Source: Clostridia bacterium (GTDB taxonomy: Bacteria; Bacillota; Clostridia; DUPQ01). Taken from it: a stretch of 64,000 bases of DNA. The notes below the pieces were generated by a model. It searched no databases. It was not told the origin of the DNA and saw only the letters and a program-made list of their open reading frames with translations. Position 1 is the stretch's first letter, and the number at the start of each line of letters is the position of its first letter. A program made the position numbers and the translations under genes. Location: assembly GCA_016935835.1 (NCBI GenBank), contig JAFGQE010000003.1, positions 5,063 through 69,062 of the forward strand. The letters are read 5' to 3'. This document shows, in pieces, positions 30,022 through 39,691 of this stretch.

Positions 30022-30909
30022 TTGCCGAAAGGTTTGATTCTGAGCGGAATCGGCGGGCTGTACAGCGTCAGGAGTGCCTCAGCAACCTACGCTTGCCGGG
30101 CAAGGGGTCTTTTCAGGAATTCCGGTATCACCCCTCTTCCGGGCGATCATGTGGATTTTACAATAACCGATGAGAAGCAAAAAGAGGGATACCTTCAGTC
30201 AATACATGACAGGAAAAACCTTTTGGTCAGGCCGGCAGTTGCCAATGTGAGCCTGGCTTTCGTTGTGATTTCCATTACGGATCCACAACCCGACCTCTAT
30301 CTTGCGGACAAGTTGCTCTGTATTTTTGAAAGCAAGGGCATCGAGTCTGTAATTTGTATAAACAAATCCGATCTTGCCGATGAGGAAGAAATATATTCAC
30401 TGGCATCCCAGTATGAAAAGGCCGGCTACACCATTGCATTTACAAATGCCAGGTCAGGGGAAGGAATAGATGGATTGAGAAAATTTTTCAAGGACAAGGT
30501 ATGCGTTTTCGCAGGACAATCAGGAGTCGGTAAGTCAACCATACTTAACAAATTCATCGGCAGCCAGGTCATGGAAACGGGAAGCCTCAGCGCCAGGGCG
30601 GGAAGAGGGAAGCATACCACGAGGCACGCGCAGTTCGTCGAGTCGGACGGAGGATTCATAGTGGATACCCCCGGCTTTTCCAGTCTTGACGCAGGACTAT
30701 TGGAACCTGAGGATTTAAAGAACCTGTACAGGGAATTCGTCGGTTTATCCGATGAATGCCGCTTCAATGGCTGCAGGCACATCAATGAGCCTGACTGCGC
30801 GGTGAGAAAGGCGGCCTCCGAAGGGAGGATATCCGGATACAGGCTTGAAAGATATGTTAAAATATATTCGCAGGCCAAGGAGGCCGAAATAAAGACGAGG
30901 GGGTACTGA
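30022..30909 (+). CDS. rsgA: Ribosome small subunit-dependent GTPase A
   Basis: CRARGLFR, RPAVANV, NKSD, GQSGVGKS, GKHTT, DTPG, CRFNGCRHINEPDC. TTG start at 30022. Confidence 0.96.
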   Translation: MPKGLILSGIGGLYSVRSASATYACRARGLFRNSGITPLPGDHVDFTITDEKQKEGYLQSIHDRKNLLVRPAVANVSLAFVVISITDPQPDLYLADKLLCIFESKGIESVICINKSDLADEEEIYSLASQYEKAGYTIAFTNARSGEGIDGLRKFFKDKVCVFAGQSGVGKSTILNKFIGSQVMETGSLSARAGRGKHTTRHAQFVESDGGFIVDTPGFSSLDAGLLEPEDLKNLYREFVGLSDECRFNGCRHINEPDCAVRKAASEGRISGYRLERYVKIYSQAKEAEIKTRGY

Positions 30910-30910
30910 A

Positions 30911-31567
30911 TTGATTAAAATAGCGCCATCAATACTTGCATCCGATTTTTCAAGGCTCGCCGCTGAAATATCCATGGTGGAGAATGACGGGGCGGATTAT
31001 ATACATGTGGATGTCATGGACGGCAGGTTTGTACCGAACATAACCATCGGCCAGCCTGTGGTTGCCGCCATCAGGAAAATTACAAAGCTTCCCCTGGACG
31101 TGCATCTTATGATAGAGGATCCGGACCGGCACATAGAGTCTTTTGTCGAAGCGGGCGCCGATATTATCTGCATTCATCAGGAAGCCGGCATTCATCTGGA
31201 AAGAAGCATTCAATTTATCAGGTCGCTTGGAGCCAAGGCTGCTGTTTCACTCAACCCCGCAACTGACGTAAATACTTTGAAGTATGTCCTGCCGGAGCTT
31301 GACATGGTTTTGATAATGAGCGTCAACCCGGGATTCGGGGGACAGGAGTTCATCGGATTCAGCATTGAAAAAATAAAGGAGCTCAGGGCCATGGCGGACA
31401 GGCTTAACCCGGGCATGGACATCGAGGTCGACGGCGGCATAAACATGGACAATATCCGGGAGGTGGTCAAGGCTGGGGCAAATGTAATAGTTGCCGGGTC
31501 AGGCATTTACGGCGATGGAAACCCGGCGACCGCGGTATCCCTGATGAGAAGGATGGCAGGCGGATGA
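30911..31567 (+). CDS. rpe: Ribulose-phosphate 3-epimerase
   Basis: IAPSIL, HVDVMDGRFVPNIT, DVHLM, MSVNPGFGGQ, EVDGG. Confidence 0.97.
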   Translation: MIKIAPSILASDFSRLAAEISMVENDGADYIHVDVMDGRFVPNITIGQPVVAAIRKITKLPLDVHLMIEDPDRHIESFVEAGADIICIHQEAGIHLERSIQFIRSLGAKAAVSLNPATDVNTLKYVLPELDMVLIMSVNPGFGGQEFIGFSIEKIKELRAMADRLNPGMDIEVDGGINMDNIREVVKAGANVIVAGSGIYGDGNPATAVSLMRRMAGG

Positions 31568-32193
31568 AAGCGGTGGTGATTTCGGGCGGACAAAGAATCG
31601 AAAAAGAGAGGGCGCTTGAAATCACAAGGGACGCAGATTTCATCGTATGCGCCGACAAGGGCGCGGAGTATGCCTTTTTCTATGGCATCAGGCCTCACTT
31701 GATAGTCGGGGACATGGATTCGGTCGACAAAAGCTACATTGAGCTTCCGGACAGTCCTGCAGTGATAGTATCGCCCAGGGAAAAGGACCTGACGGACACC
31801 CACCTGGCTGTCATCAAGGCGTTGGAGGCTGGTGCGGATGATATAACATTGATTTGCGCCACAGGCTTGAGAAGCGACCATGGGCTTGCCAATATACGGC
31901 TGCTGCTCTTAATAAATGAATGCGGGGCCACGGGCAGGATTGTCGACGACATCAATACGATAATGCTTTGCGACCGTGAAACCATATTCGAGGGGAAAAG
32001 CGGACTGACCGTTTCCCTTCTTGCGGCATCGGACAGGGTGGAGGGAATAACCCTCAGGGGATTCAAATACCCTCTCAAAGACAAAACCGCCAAAATGGCG
32101 TGGACTACGGGCATCAGCAACGAAATAGTTTCGGACCGCGCCAGCATCAATATTAAAAGCGGGATGCTGCTGGTATTTGTCATTCATGAATGA
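31564..32193 (+). CDS. thiN: Thiamine diphosphokinase
   Basis: CADKGA, VGDMDS, EKDLTD, GLRSDH, GFKYPL, GISNE; conserved position after rpe. Confidence 0.92.
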   Translation: MKAVVISGGQRIEKERALEITRDADFIVCADKGAEYAFFYGIRPHLIVGDMDSVDKSYIELPDSPAVIVSPREKDLTDTHLAVIKALEAGADDITLICATGLRSDHGLANIRLLLLINECGATGRIVDDINTIMLCDRETIFEGKSGLTVSLLAASDRVEGITLRGFKYPLKDKTAKMAWTTGISNEIVSDRASINIKSGMLLVFVIHE

Positions 32194-32360
32194 AAAATGC
32201 AAAGGCCGGCCATTCGGATAACCGGCTGGCAATGTATGATTTTGTCAATCGCGGATGCATTTGACAATTATTCAGAGGTATGTATGATTCAGAATTGCGC
32301 AGGCTGCAGGCTTATGAAGCCTTGTGTTATAATCAATTAAAAAAACCGGGGGTGGGTCGG

Positions 32361-33542
32361 ATGTTTTCAGATAAGATAATCGCGGATTTAAAAAGCGCTT
32401 CATTCATACGCGCCATGTTTGAACAGGGCAACAGGCTGAGGCAGATTTATGGCGATGAAAATGTCTATGATTTTAGCATCGGCAATCCGGAAATCGAGCC
32501 GCCGGAGGAAGTCATAAATGCAATCCGGGAAATAGCTTCAAGCCGGGAGTACGGAACGCACAGATATATGTCGAATGCAGGCTATCTGTTTGTCAGGAAA
32601 GCAATAGCCGGGAGGCTGTCGCAGGCATATGGAATGGAGGTTCCCGCGGAAAACATCTGCATGACCTGCGGGGCGGCGGCGGGACTCAATGTTGTTTTCA
32701 AGTCGATTCTGAATCCCGGCGAGGAAGCCATAATGTTCGCTCCATATTTCGCCGAATATAAATTCTACATCGGCAATGCGGGCGGAGTGCCGGCCATTGT
32801 GGAAACCGATGAAAACTTCCAAATAGATGCGGCTGCTTTCAGGGCGGCTATAAAACCCGGAACAAAGGCCGTGCTGATAAATTCCCCGAACAATCCGACG
32901 GGTGTAATCTACAAGGATGAAATCCTGGAAAAAATGGCCGGTATAATCAAGGAAAAGGAAAAGGAATACGGAACAGGAATAATCGTGGTCAGCGACGAGC
33001 CATACAATGAGATTGTGTATGAGGCTGACAGGCTCCCTGTTGTTTTCAGGATATTTGAAAATGCAATAGTAGTAAACTCGTACAGCAAATCGCTTGCCTT
33101 GCCCGGTGAGAGGATAGGCTATGTTGCCGTCAGCCCGAAACTGAAGCAAAACGGGCTTCTTATGGAGGCAATCGTATTCAACAACAGGACTCTTGGTTTT
33201 GTCAACGCCCCGGCGATAGTGCAAAGGATTGTGGCAAAGGCGATTGATGCGGCCGTCGATCCCGGCATATACAGGGAAAGAAGGGATATATTGTACAATC
33301 ATCTGACTTCCCTGGGGTTCCAATGCCAAAAGCCGGAGGGTGCGTTCTATTTGTTCGTAAAATCACCGGTGGAAAATGAAATGGATTTCGTTGAGACGGC
33401 CCTTAGAAATAATGTGCTCGTGGTTCCGGGCAGGGGATTCGGCCGGGCCGGTTATTTCAGGATAGCGTTTTGCGTGGGACTGGACACGATAAAGGGTTCC
33501 TTGAAGGCATTTGAAAAAATCGCCGCGGAATATTTCAACTAA
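32361..33542 (+). CDS. PLP-dependent class I/II aminotransferase (aspartate aminotransferase-like)
   Basis: DFSIGNP, INSPNNPTG, SDEPY, SYSKSLALPGERIGY, PEGAFY. Start reset to 32361. Confidence 0.92.
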   Translation: MFSDKIIADLKSASFIRAMFEQGNRLRQIYGDENVYDFSIGNPEIEPPEEVINAIREIASSREYGTHRYMSNAGYLFVRKAIAGRLSQAYGMEVPAENICMTCGAAAGLNVVFKSILNPGEEAIMFAPYFAEYKFYIGNAGGVPAIVETDENFQIDAAAFRAAIKPGTKAVLINSPNNPTGVIYKDEILEKMAGIIKEKEKEYGTGIIVVSDEPYNEIVYEADRLPVVFRIFENAIVVNSYSKSLALPGERIGYVAVSPKLKQNGLLMEAIVFNNRTLGFVNAPAIVQRIVAKAIDAAVDPGIYRERRDILYNHLTSLGFQCQKPEGAFYLFVKSPVENEMDFVETALRNNVLVVPGRGFGRAGYFRIAFCVGLDTIKGSLKAFEKIAAEYFN

Positions 33543-33570
33543 AAGCCGTGTCGGAACGGAGGCCGGGTTG

Positions 33571-33720
33571 GTGGGAAAAAGAAAAACCATCGGAATCATC
33601 ATAATAGCGATTGCAGCGGGAATGGTCGGCTACGGCATTTTCAGGGATGAGATCACTGATGTTTTTAATAAAGCAATCAGAATCTGCCTGGAATGCATAG
33701 GCATTGGGTGGATATTATGA
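33571..33720 (+). CDS. Small membrane CXXC protein (CD1871A-like)
   Basis: One TM helix, then VFNKAIRICLECIGIG. RBS GGAGG with GTG/TTG start. The stop overlaps the next ATG (ATGA). Confidence 0.8.
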   Translation: MGKRKTIGIIIIAIAAGMVGYGIFRDEITDVFNKAIRICLECIGIGWIL

Positions 33721-34583
33721 GGAGGAAGATCATACAGGCGGTCTCGGCTATTGTTTCAAATTCCTATATCCCCGGATTTTTGAAGGGAACCATTTACCAG
33801 GGAAAGCTGAAGAGCATTTGCGTGCCGGGCCTGAACTGCTATTCGTGCCCCGGGGCCATCGGGTCATGTCCCATCGGGTCGCTGCAGGCTGTGCTTGGCA
33901 GCTGGAAGTACCGGTTTTCATATTATGTCCTTGGCCTGATACTGCTTTTCGGAGGCTTTCTTGGCAGATGGATATGCGGCTGGATCTGTCCTTTTGGATT
34001 GTTTCAGGAATTGCTTTATAAAATTCCCGTAAAAAAAATCAAGCTTAAGGGAAACTGGCGGAAACTGTCCTGGGTCAAATACCCGGTGCTGCTGATGTTT
34101 GTAATAATACTTCCGCTTTTTGTCGTAAACATCGCGGGCCTGGGCAGCCCGGCCTTTTGCAAATATATATGCCCGGCAGGCACCCTTGAAGGTGCGCTTC
34201 CCCTCATGATAGCCGACCCCGGGCTTTTGGATAATGCCGGGGCGTTGTTTGTCCTCAAGGCATCCATAGCGATCGCAGTGGTGGCGGTGTCCATGGTATT
34301 GTTCAGGCCTTTTTGCAGAATATTGTGTCCGCTTGGCGCGATCTATGGCTGGATGAACAAGGTTTCACTTTATCAGATGGAAGTGGATACGGGCAAATGC
34401 ATTGAATGCGGCAGATGCACCCTGCAGTGCAAGCTTGATGTCGAGATTTACAAGAACCCGGCCTCGGCAGAATGCATAAGGTGCGGGGAATGCAAGACGG
34501 TTTGTCCCACGGGCGCTATCTCAAGCGAAATAAGATTCAGGAAAAAGGAAGAAGTGCATGGAAGGATTGAAAGAACGAATTAG
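33717..34583 (+). CDS. Membrane polyferredoxin, 4Fe-4S binding protein (NapH/MauN-like)
   Basis: CVPGLNCYSCP..CPIG, GRWICGWICPFG, FCKYICPAGTL, RPFCRILCPLGA, and two CxxCxxC..C ferredoxin motifs. Confidence 0.9.
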   Translation: MRRKIIQAVSAIVSNSYIPGFLKGTIYQGKLKSICVPGLNCYSCPGAIGSCPIGSLQAVLGSWKYRFSYYVLGLILLFGGFLGRWICGWICPFGLFQELLYKIPVKKIKLKGNWRKLSWVKYPVLLMFVIILPLFVVNIAGLGSPAFCKYICPAGTLEGALPLMIADPGLLDNAGALFVLKASIAIAVVAVSMVLFRPFCRILCPLGAIYGWMNKVSLYQMEVDTGKCIECGRCTLQCKLDVEIYKNPASAECIRCGECKTVCPTGAISSEIRFRKKEEVHGRIERTN

Positions 34584-34595
34584 GAGGTTGATGCA

Positions 34596-35267
34596 ATGAG
34601 TCTGATTCTTTTTGCAGTGATTTTTGTATTCCTGTGGCTGGTGGTGGAAATTGTTTCCATACTTTTCAAGAGTACCGGGATGGATTTATACAAGGCCCGC
34701 TTCCAGACGATATCCATATTGACGCACACGGGTTTCACCACAAGGGAATCCGAGCTCATAACCCAGCATCCCGCAAGAAGAAAAATAGCCAGCGGGCTTA
34801 TGGTCGTGAGCTATCTTACACAGATAACACTTATTTCTGTCTTGATCAATGTGCTGATATCGGATACCAATGCGATGCTTAGCGTCGGTGTGATTCTGTT
34901 CGTGCTTCTGGTCTTTATATTCCTCATAACGAGAACGAGATTCCTCTCTTCGAGATTCAATAGTTTTGTGGAAAGGATAGTGGAAAAGAGAATAAATAAA
35001 TCCACGAAGAAGAACCCCATGTCCCAGGTTATGAAGATCAGCCCGGAATTCGGCATTTATGAGATAGTCGTAGGCGAAGACGGGGGGCTTGCAGGGAAGA
35101 CACTGATGGAGTCGCATCTTAAGGAAGCATATGTGCAGGTTCTCAAGGTGGACAAGGGAAGCGAGACAATCAATTTCCCCCATTCCAGCCTTATGCTCAG
35201 GGTAGGCGATAAGCTTGTTGTGTATGGGAAGATAAAGTCTATAAAGGACATTATAGTCAACCAGTGA
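34596..35267 (+). CDS. Membrane protein with pore-loop-like segment and TrkA-C (RCK_C) domain
   Basis: ARFQTISILTHTGFTTRESELI between TM helices; C-terminal LAGKTL...LRVGDKLVVYG. Confidence 0.8.
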   Translation: MSLILFAVIFVFLWLVVEIVSILFKSTGMDLYKARFQTISILTHTGFTTRESELITQHPARRKIASGLMVVSYLTQITLISVLINVLISDTNAMLSVGVILFVLLVFIFLITRTRFLSSRFNSFVERIVEKRINKSTKKNPMSQVMKISPEFGIYEIVVGEDGGLAGKTLMESHLKEAYVQVLKVDKGSETINFPHSSLMLRVGDKLVVYGKIKSIKDIIVNQ

Positions 35268-35277
35268 CTTTGGGGTT

Positions 35278-37026
35278 CTATTTTGCCCGAAGCTTCAAAA
35301 CAAGTCCTTCATCGGGTGTTGCGTATGCGCTGAAATATACAGAATAGTTGACCATGCCGGGCTTTGCTTTGTTTGGCTTCCTTATGTTCTTGATTTCAGA
35401 ATAGTCAACCGCGGTCTGGCCGCTTTTCCCGGCCCTGCTGTGATAGGCCGCGATTACGGCTGCCTCGCTGATGGTTTTGTCGGGGAAAAGCTCCTCCCTC
35501 TTATCCTTTTTTCTAATTATCACATGGGAGCCGGGCGTCCCCTTGGCATGAAGCCACAGGTCCCTCGAATTGGCGAATTTGAAGGTCAGATAGTCATTTT
35601 CAAGATTGTTTCTTCCGACGAATATTTCGTATCCTTCTGAGGAAATGTATCTGATTGGCCTGAAACCCGTTTCCTTTTCCTTCTTTGTGAACTTGGGGTG
35701 CTTTTTCTTTATATAACCCTGTTCCGACAATTCCTTGCGTATCTGCTCCACTTCATCCGCATGCGCGCAAACAGCAAGGCTGTGCTCGACGCTTTCAAGG
35801 TATTCGAGTTCCGCAACGGCATCGTCCATCTGTATCCTTGCGTTGACAAGGGCGCTCTTTGCCTTTTTGTATTTTTTAAAATACCTCCCTGCGTTTGCCG
35901 GGGCGTCCTTGTTGGGATCCAGTGCGATGGTCGTGTATTCGCCGGTGTAATAATTCAAAAGCTCAACCTTGTCGCTGTTGACAGGTATCCGGTGAATATT
36001 GGAGGTGATCAGTTCGCCGGCAATCCTGAATTCGTCAACGGAACCGGCATTGTCTGCAATATTGGCATGTATGGCGATTTTCTTGCGGCAGCGTTCGATA
36101 TTCCTTGAAATCGCCTTTTTCAGCTCGGTCTTGCTGTAATTTGTTCCCGGGACTTCGCCCTTTTTCGAATAATAAAAGTCAATGGCCTCGCTCAGCCGGG
36201 AGAACTCCCTGACATCAGGAAACTGAGCAAGGCGAAATGCATGAAAATCAACCGGCATTCCCTTTTCACCCAAAACCACGCAAGGCGAAATATTATGGGT
36301 CCTTATATCAAGAAGCATATCGCCAAGGATGTTATTGAAAGAATCCCTTTCCATTTCAGAGAGATTCATGACTGATTTCCCGGGATCGATTTTGCTCCTT
36401 TTGCAAATTTCCCTGCAAAGGACCGGCGAGAACCCTGTCAGTTTGCCCAGGATGGCTTTTTCGAGGGGAGTGCCGGACTGGTCAAGGATGTCGCCGGGCG
36501 TCGCTGAATCAGGCGAAAGTTTTCCCTGTGAAGGAATAAAGACATAATCCCGTGCGGGCATGACCTCGCGGACGCTGCTTACCGAGGAATCTATATGCCT
36601 GAGTGCGTCAAGGATTTTGCCGGATGAATTCATAAGGATCAAATTGCAGTTGCGCCCGGTTAATTCGACCATGAGGGTTTTGTTCTGCATATCGCCCAAG
36701 TCGCTTTTCGATTCAATCAACAAAGACAGGTACCTTTCATAACCATAATCATTGACATCCCTGATGAATCCCCCTGAAATATGTTTTCTCATGAACATGC
36801 AGAAATTCGGGGGGGACGGAGGATTGACGGACCCCGCTTCTGTGAGGAATATGCCCGGATGGGACGGGTTCAGGGAAATCCTGAGCCTGCGGGTGACCCC
36901 GTAATTATGAAGGCTCAGCACAACCTCGTCCTTTTCAGGCATGAATATTTTGTCAATCCTGGATCCTGTTATTTCTTTTTTCAGTTCAATTGCAAGGGCA
37001 TTGACTGTAATACCGTCGAATGGCAT
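35278..37026 (-). CDS. rqcH: Ribosome quality control NFACT protein (RqcH/FbpA)
   Basis: MPFDG, FCMFMRKH, ELTGRNCNLIL, NAGRYFKKYKK, VGRNNLEND, WLHAKGTPGSHV, AAYHS. Confidence 0.93.
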   Translation of the reverse strand: MPFDGITVNALAIELKKEITGSRIDKIFMPEKDEVVLSLHNYGVTRRLRISLNPSHPGIFLTEAGSVNPPSPPNFCMFMRKHISGGFIRDVNDYGYERYLSLLIESKSDLGDMQNKTLMVELTGRNCNLILMNSSGKILDALRHIDSSVSSVREVMPARDYVFIPSQGKLSPDSATPGDILDQSGTPLEKAILGKLTGFSPVLCREICKRSKIDPGKSVMNLSEMERDSFNNILGDMLLDIRTHNISPCVVLGEKGMPVDFHAFRLAQFPDVREFSRLSEAIDFYYSKKGEVPGTNYSKTELKKAISRNIERCRKKIAIHANIADNAGSVDEFRIAGELITSNIHRIPVNSDKVELLNYYTGEYTTIALDPNKDAPANAGRYFKKYKKAKSALVNARIQMDDAVAELEYLESVEHSLAVCAHADEVEQIRKELSEQGYIKKKHPKFTKKEKETGFRPIRYISSEGYEIFVGRNNLENDYLTFKFANSRDLWLHAKGTPGSHVIIRKKDKREELFPDKTISEAAVIAAYHSRAGKSGQTAVDYSEIKNIRKPNKAKPGMVNYSVYFSAYATPDEGLVLKLRAK

Positions 37027-38141
37027 CAGACATCCACCTTTATCTTTCTCATCATTATGCTTTTTCTCGGCATACCGTCAGGCCCCGGGTAATTGAAGTC
37101 TGAATATACAATCATCGCGGCGTCATGGCCAATCGCGGCAAGGGCGCAGTATGAGCAGGTATCCTTCTGGTACTCCATGGGTTCTACCACGGCAATCCTT
37201 TCATGCCAGGCGCCTTCATGGAAAGGCCTTATGAACAGGCCGGGCCTTCCGTAACCCGCCAGCACCACCCCATTGCCGAGCCGTACTGTCTGGGGCCACA
37301 CACCCCTGTCGTCAAAATATTCCGGATCTGTCCATTTGGCCCCGCCGTCGTGCGTCCAGGTTATGTACATCGGCCCGATGCCGGTTCCGTCGGTAGTGCG
37401 GTGAAGTGAAAACGCCGTATTGCCGTCAAGGAAGCATATGTCGGGTTCACCGAAACCATAGCGTTTGGCGGCGCCGGGATCCCTTGCGGAGTCATAAGCG
37501 TAGGGAACCATGCTTACAAACCTGAAGGACCTGCCGGAGTCCGTGCTTTTCAAATACCATGATGCGGAATAAGGGCTGATTTTTCCGTCCTTTATGAAAT
37601 GCTTGTATAAAAGACCCCAGACCGCCCCTTCGGAATCCAGCTTGAAGTGATGGAAATATCCCGTCGGGAAGACACCTTCGGAGGTGTTCATCGTCCATCC
37701 GGGAAGTTCAACGGAAATCTCCTCCACCAGCCAGTCCCCGCCGGGTTTTTTGCGCTGTATGTACCAATGCCTGTACATTGGGTCGATATCCCTGTAATCG
37801 AAATAATTCCTTATAAATCCATAACTCTCGAATTGTCCCAGTTTTTCCGGCAGGCAAACATCCTTTTCGGGAATTGCCTTCTCCTGATGCGGCCTGATAA
37901 GGTCACCGCACGGCAAAAGCAGACCTCCGTTGACGCAATCAGCCCATGTCTCCCCTTTGTCAGCCGTGCAGAGCCATTTCCTTGGATGGCCATATGCCTT
38001 TGCACTGTCCGCTGAAACATGGAATTCAAGAAAAATGATGCCGCCTCCATCAAAAATACGGGGAAACTGCCAGGGTCCCCAGTCCCGGATACCGGCGGGG
38101 GATTGTGAAAGGATCTTTTCTTTTCCGAGTGTGATTTTCAT
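37026..38141 (-). CDS. Sialidase-like / BNR Asp-box beta-propeller protein, no signal peptide
   Basis: Asp boxes TADKGETW, STDSGRSF, THDGGAKW; FGEP; TCSY. Confidence 0.7.
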   Translation of the reverse strand: MKITLGKEKILSQSPAGIRDWGPWQFPRIFDGGGIIFLEFHVSADSAKAYGHPRKWLCTADKGETWADCVNGGLLLPCGDLIRPHQEKAIPEKDVCLPEKLGQFESYGFIRNYFDYRDIDPMYRHWYIQRKKPGGDWLVEEISVELPGWTMNTSEGVFPTGYFHHFKLDSEGAVWGLLYKHFIKDGKISPYSASWYLKSTDSGRSFRFVSMVPYAYDSARDPGAAKRYGFGEPDICFLDGNTAFSLHRTTDGTGIGPMYITWTHDGGAKWTDPEYFDDRGVWPQTVRLGNGVVLAGYGRPGLFIRPFHEGAWHERIAVVEPMEYQKDTCSYCALAAIGHDAAMIVYSDFNYPGPDGMPRKSIMMRKIKVDV

Positions 38142-38150
38142 ATTTTGCTC

Positions 38151-39530
38151 CTATCTCATAGGCTTGGGAATTCCAAGCATCGGTTCGGGCTGGACTCCAT
38201 GGGCGGGAACCAGGTCGCCGCTTACTGAGAACAGTATGGCGGTATGCATCTCAAACTCCAGCAGTATGAACTTGCCCTCAAGCAAGCCGATGGGGCTGCC
38301 GTTCCATATGGGGACAAAAGCGATGTCGTCGCCTGTAAAAGGAACGCAGTTGTCAAAATCAAAGCCGTCATAGGGCAGCCTTGTATTGGGATCCAGAATC
38401 CGATATCTAACAAATCCGGTGGGGACGCACAGGTTGAACGAAATATTTCCTCCGTCCACCCTCATCCTTTTCATCTGCAGTCGTGCCCTGAGCCCATAGG
38501 ATTCCATCCCGGCGAACCCATGTTTCCTGATTTTATAAAACATAAGCTGGTTGTTTCCGTTTTTATTTACAAAATCCGACAGTTCCGATTCCGGGTATGC
38601 GGGCTTGAAGCCCCATCCATGGTCGGTTCTTCCGCCTCCGGCGGCAAGTATCCATTCCCTTCCGTCAGGGGACTCGTTCATGTTTGAAATGTATATCGTG
38701 GCAAAGCCGAAATCCGGGGGCATCGGGCGATCGACCATCGGTTCATGCGAAACCCTGTTCCAAATGAGTCCGTCATAACTGTAAACAAGGGCGGAGTCAA
38801 CCTTTCCGGCCATTTTTGTCCAGACCGTGTCATCCTCGTCAGTGTAATAAAGCTGGAGAAAACCAAGCAAATAACCGTTTTCGGGGTAAACCGTCATCCC
38901 ATAATACTGAGTATATTCGACATCAAATGGATTGGGCGACAGTATTACCCTGGGATCCGTCCAGTTCCTGAGGTCTTCCGAAAGAAGTGTGGTTATCCTC
39001 CTGTCTATATGCGCCCCGCGGCATATTATCTGATATTTGCCAAGGACGGGATTGAAGAAAATATTGTTTGACGTATCGGAGGCATGTTCGCTTACCCGGT
39101 ATTTTGTATCGGTGTTCCAGTTAAGGGCATCCGGGCTGACGGCCACATATCCCCGGCCTTCGCTCGTGTCCTTTTCATTGACCTTCATGACGACGCATTT
39201 GTACCTTTCATCCGGGTTGCCGGTGTGATTGTCGCGGTATACTATGTATGCGCCCGTATTGCTGACTGACAAAACCCTGCCGGCGGGGATGAAATTCAAT
39301 CCGTCGGAACTGACGGCGTAATGGGATTCCCTGTCCCAGTCCTTGCTTCGATCGGGAAGAAAATTGTAATAAAGATAATAAAGGCCTTTTTCCGGAACAT
39401 AAACCATCGATGACCCGACTGTTATACCGTCCTGGGAAAAGACGCCGGCCTTTGCCGGCTTGAAAATTCTTTTCCTGATTCCACGCCTCGAATTTATCAT
39501 GAAATCATCAAAAAATACATATGTGTTCAT
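38151..39530 (-). CDS. Putative beta-propeller glycoside hydrolase-like protein
   Basis: Repeated SxD[GAL]xx[WF] blades (VSSDGLNF, VSPDALNW, LSEDLRNW, YSYDGLIW). Start reset to ATG 39530. Confidence 0.6.
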   Translation of the reverse strand: MNTYVFFDDFMINSRRGIRKRIFKPAKAGVFSQDGITVGSSMVYVPEKGLYYLYYNFLPDRSKDWDRESHYAVSSDGLNFIPAGRVLSVSNTGAYIVYRDNHTGNPDERYKCVVMKVNEKDTSEGRGYVAVSPDALNWNTDTKYRVSEHASDTSNNIFFNPVLGKYQIICRGAHIDRRITTLLSEDLRNWTDPRVILSPNPFDVEYTQYYGMTVYPENGYLLGFLQLYYTDEDDTVWTKMAGKVDSALVYSYDGLIWNRVSHEPMVDRPMPPDFGFATIYISNMNESPDGREWILAAGGGRTDHGWGFKPAYPESELSDFVNKNGNNQLMFYKIRKHGFAGMESYGLRARLQMKRMRVDGGNISFNLCVPTGFVRYRILDPNTRLPYDGFDFDNCVPFTGDDIAFVPIWNGSPIGLLEGKFILLEFEMHTAILFSVSGDLVPAHGVQPEPMLGIPKPMR

Positions 39531-39691
39531 AATGCGCCCCCTGACTATAATCATTATAACCGCATAGCAGGGGCTTAACCACATCAATCATTAAAATGCT
39601 TCCGCACCCGGCAATAACATGGATGCGGGGAAATCAATGTTAATCAAAATATTTGAACAAAACCCCGGAATGTAATATTAATCCAGTTCAA

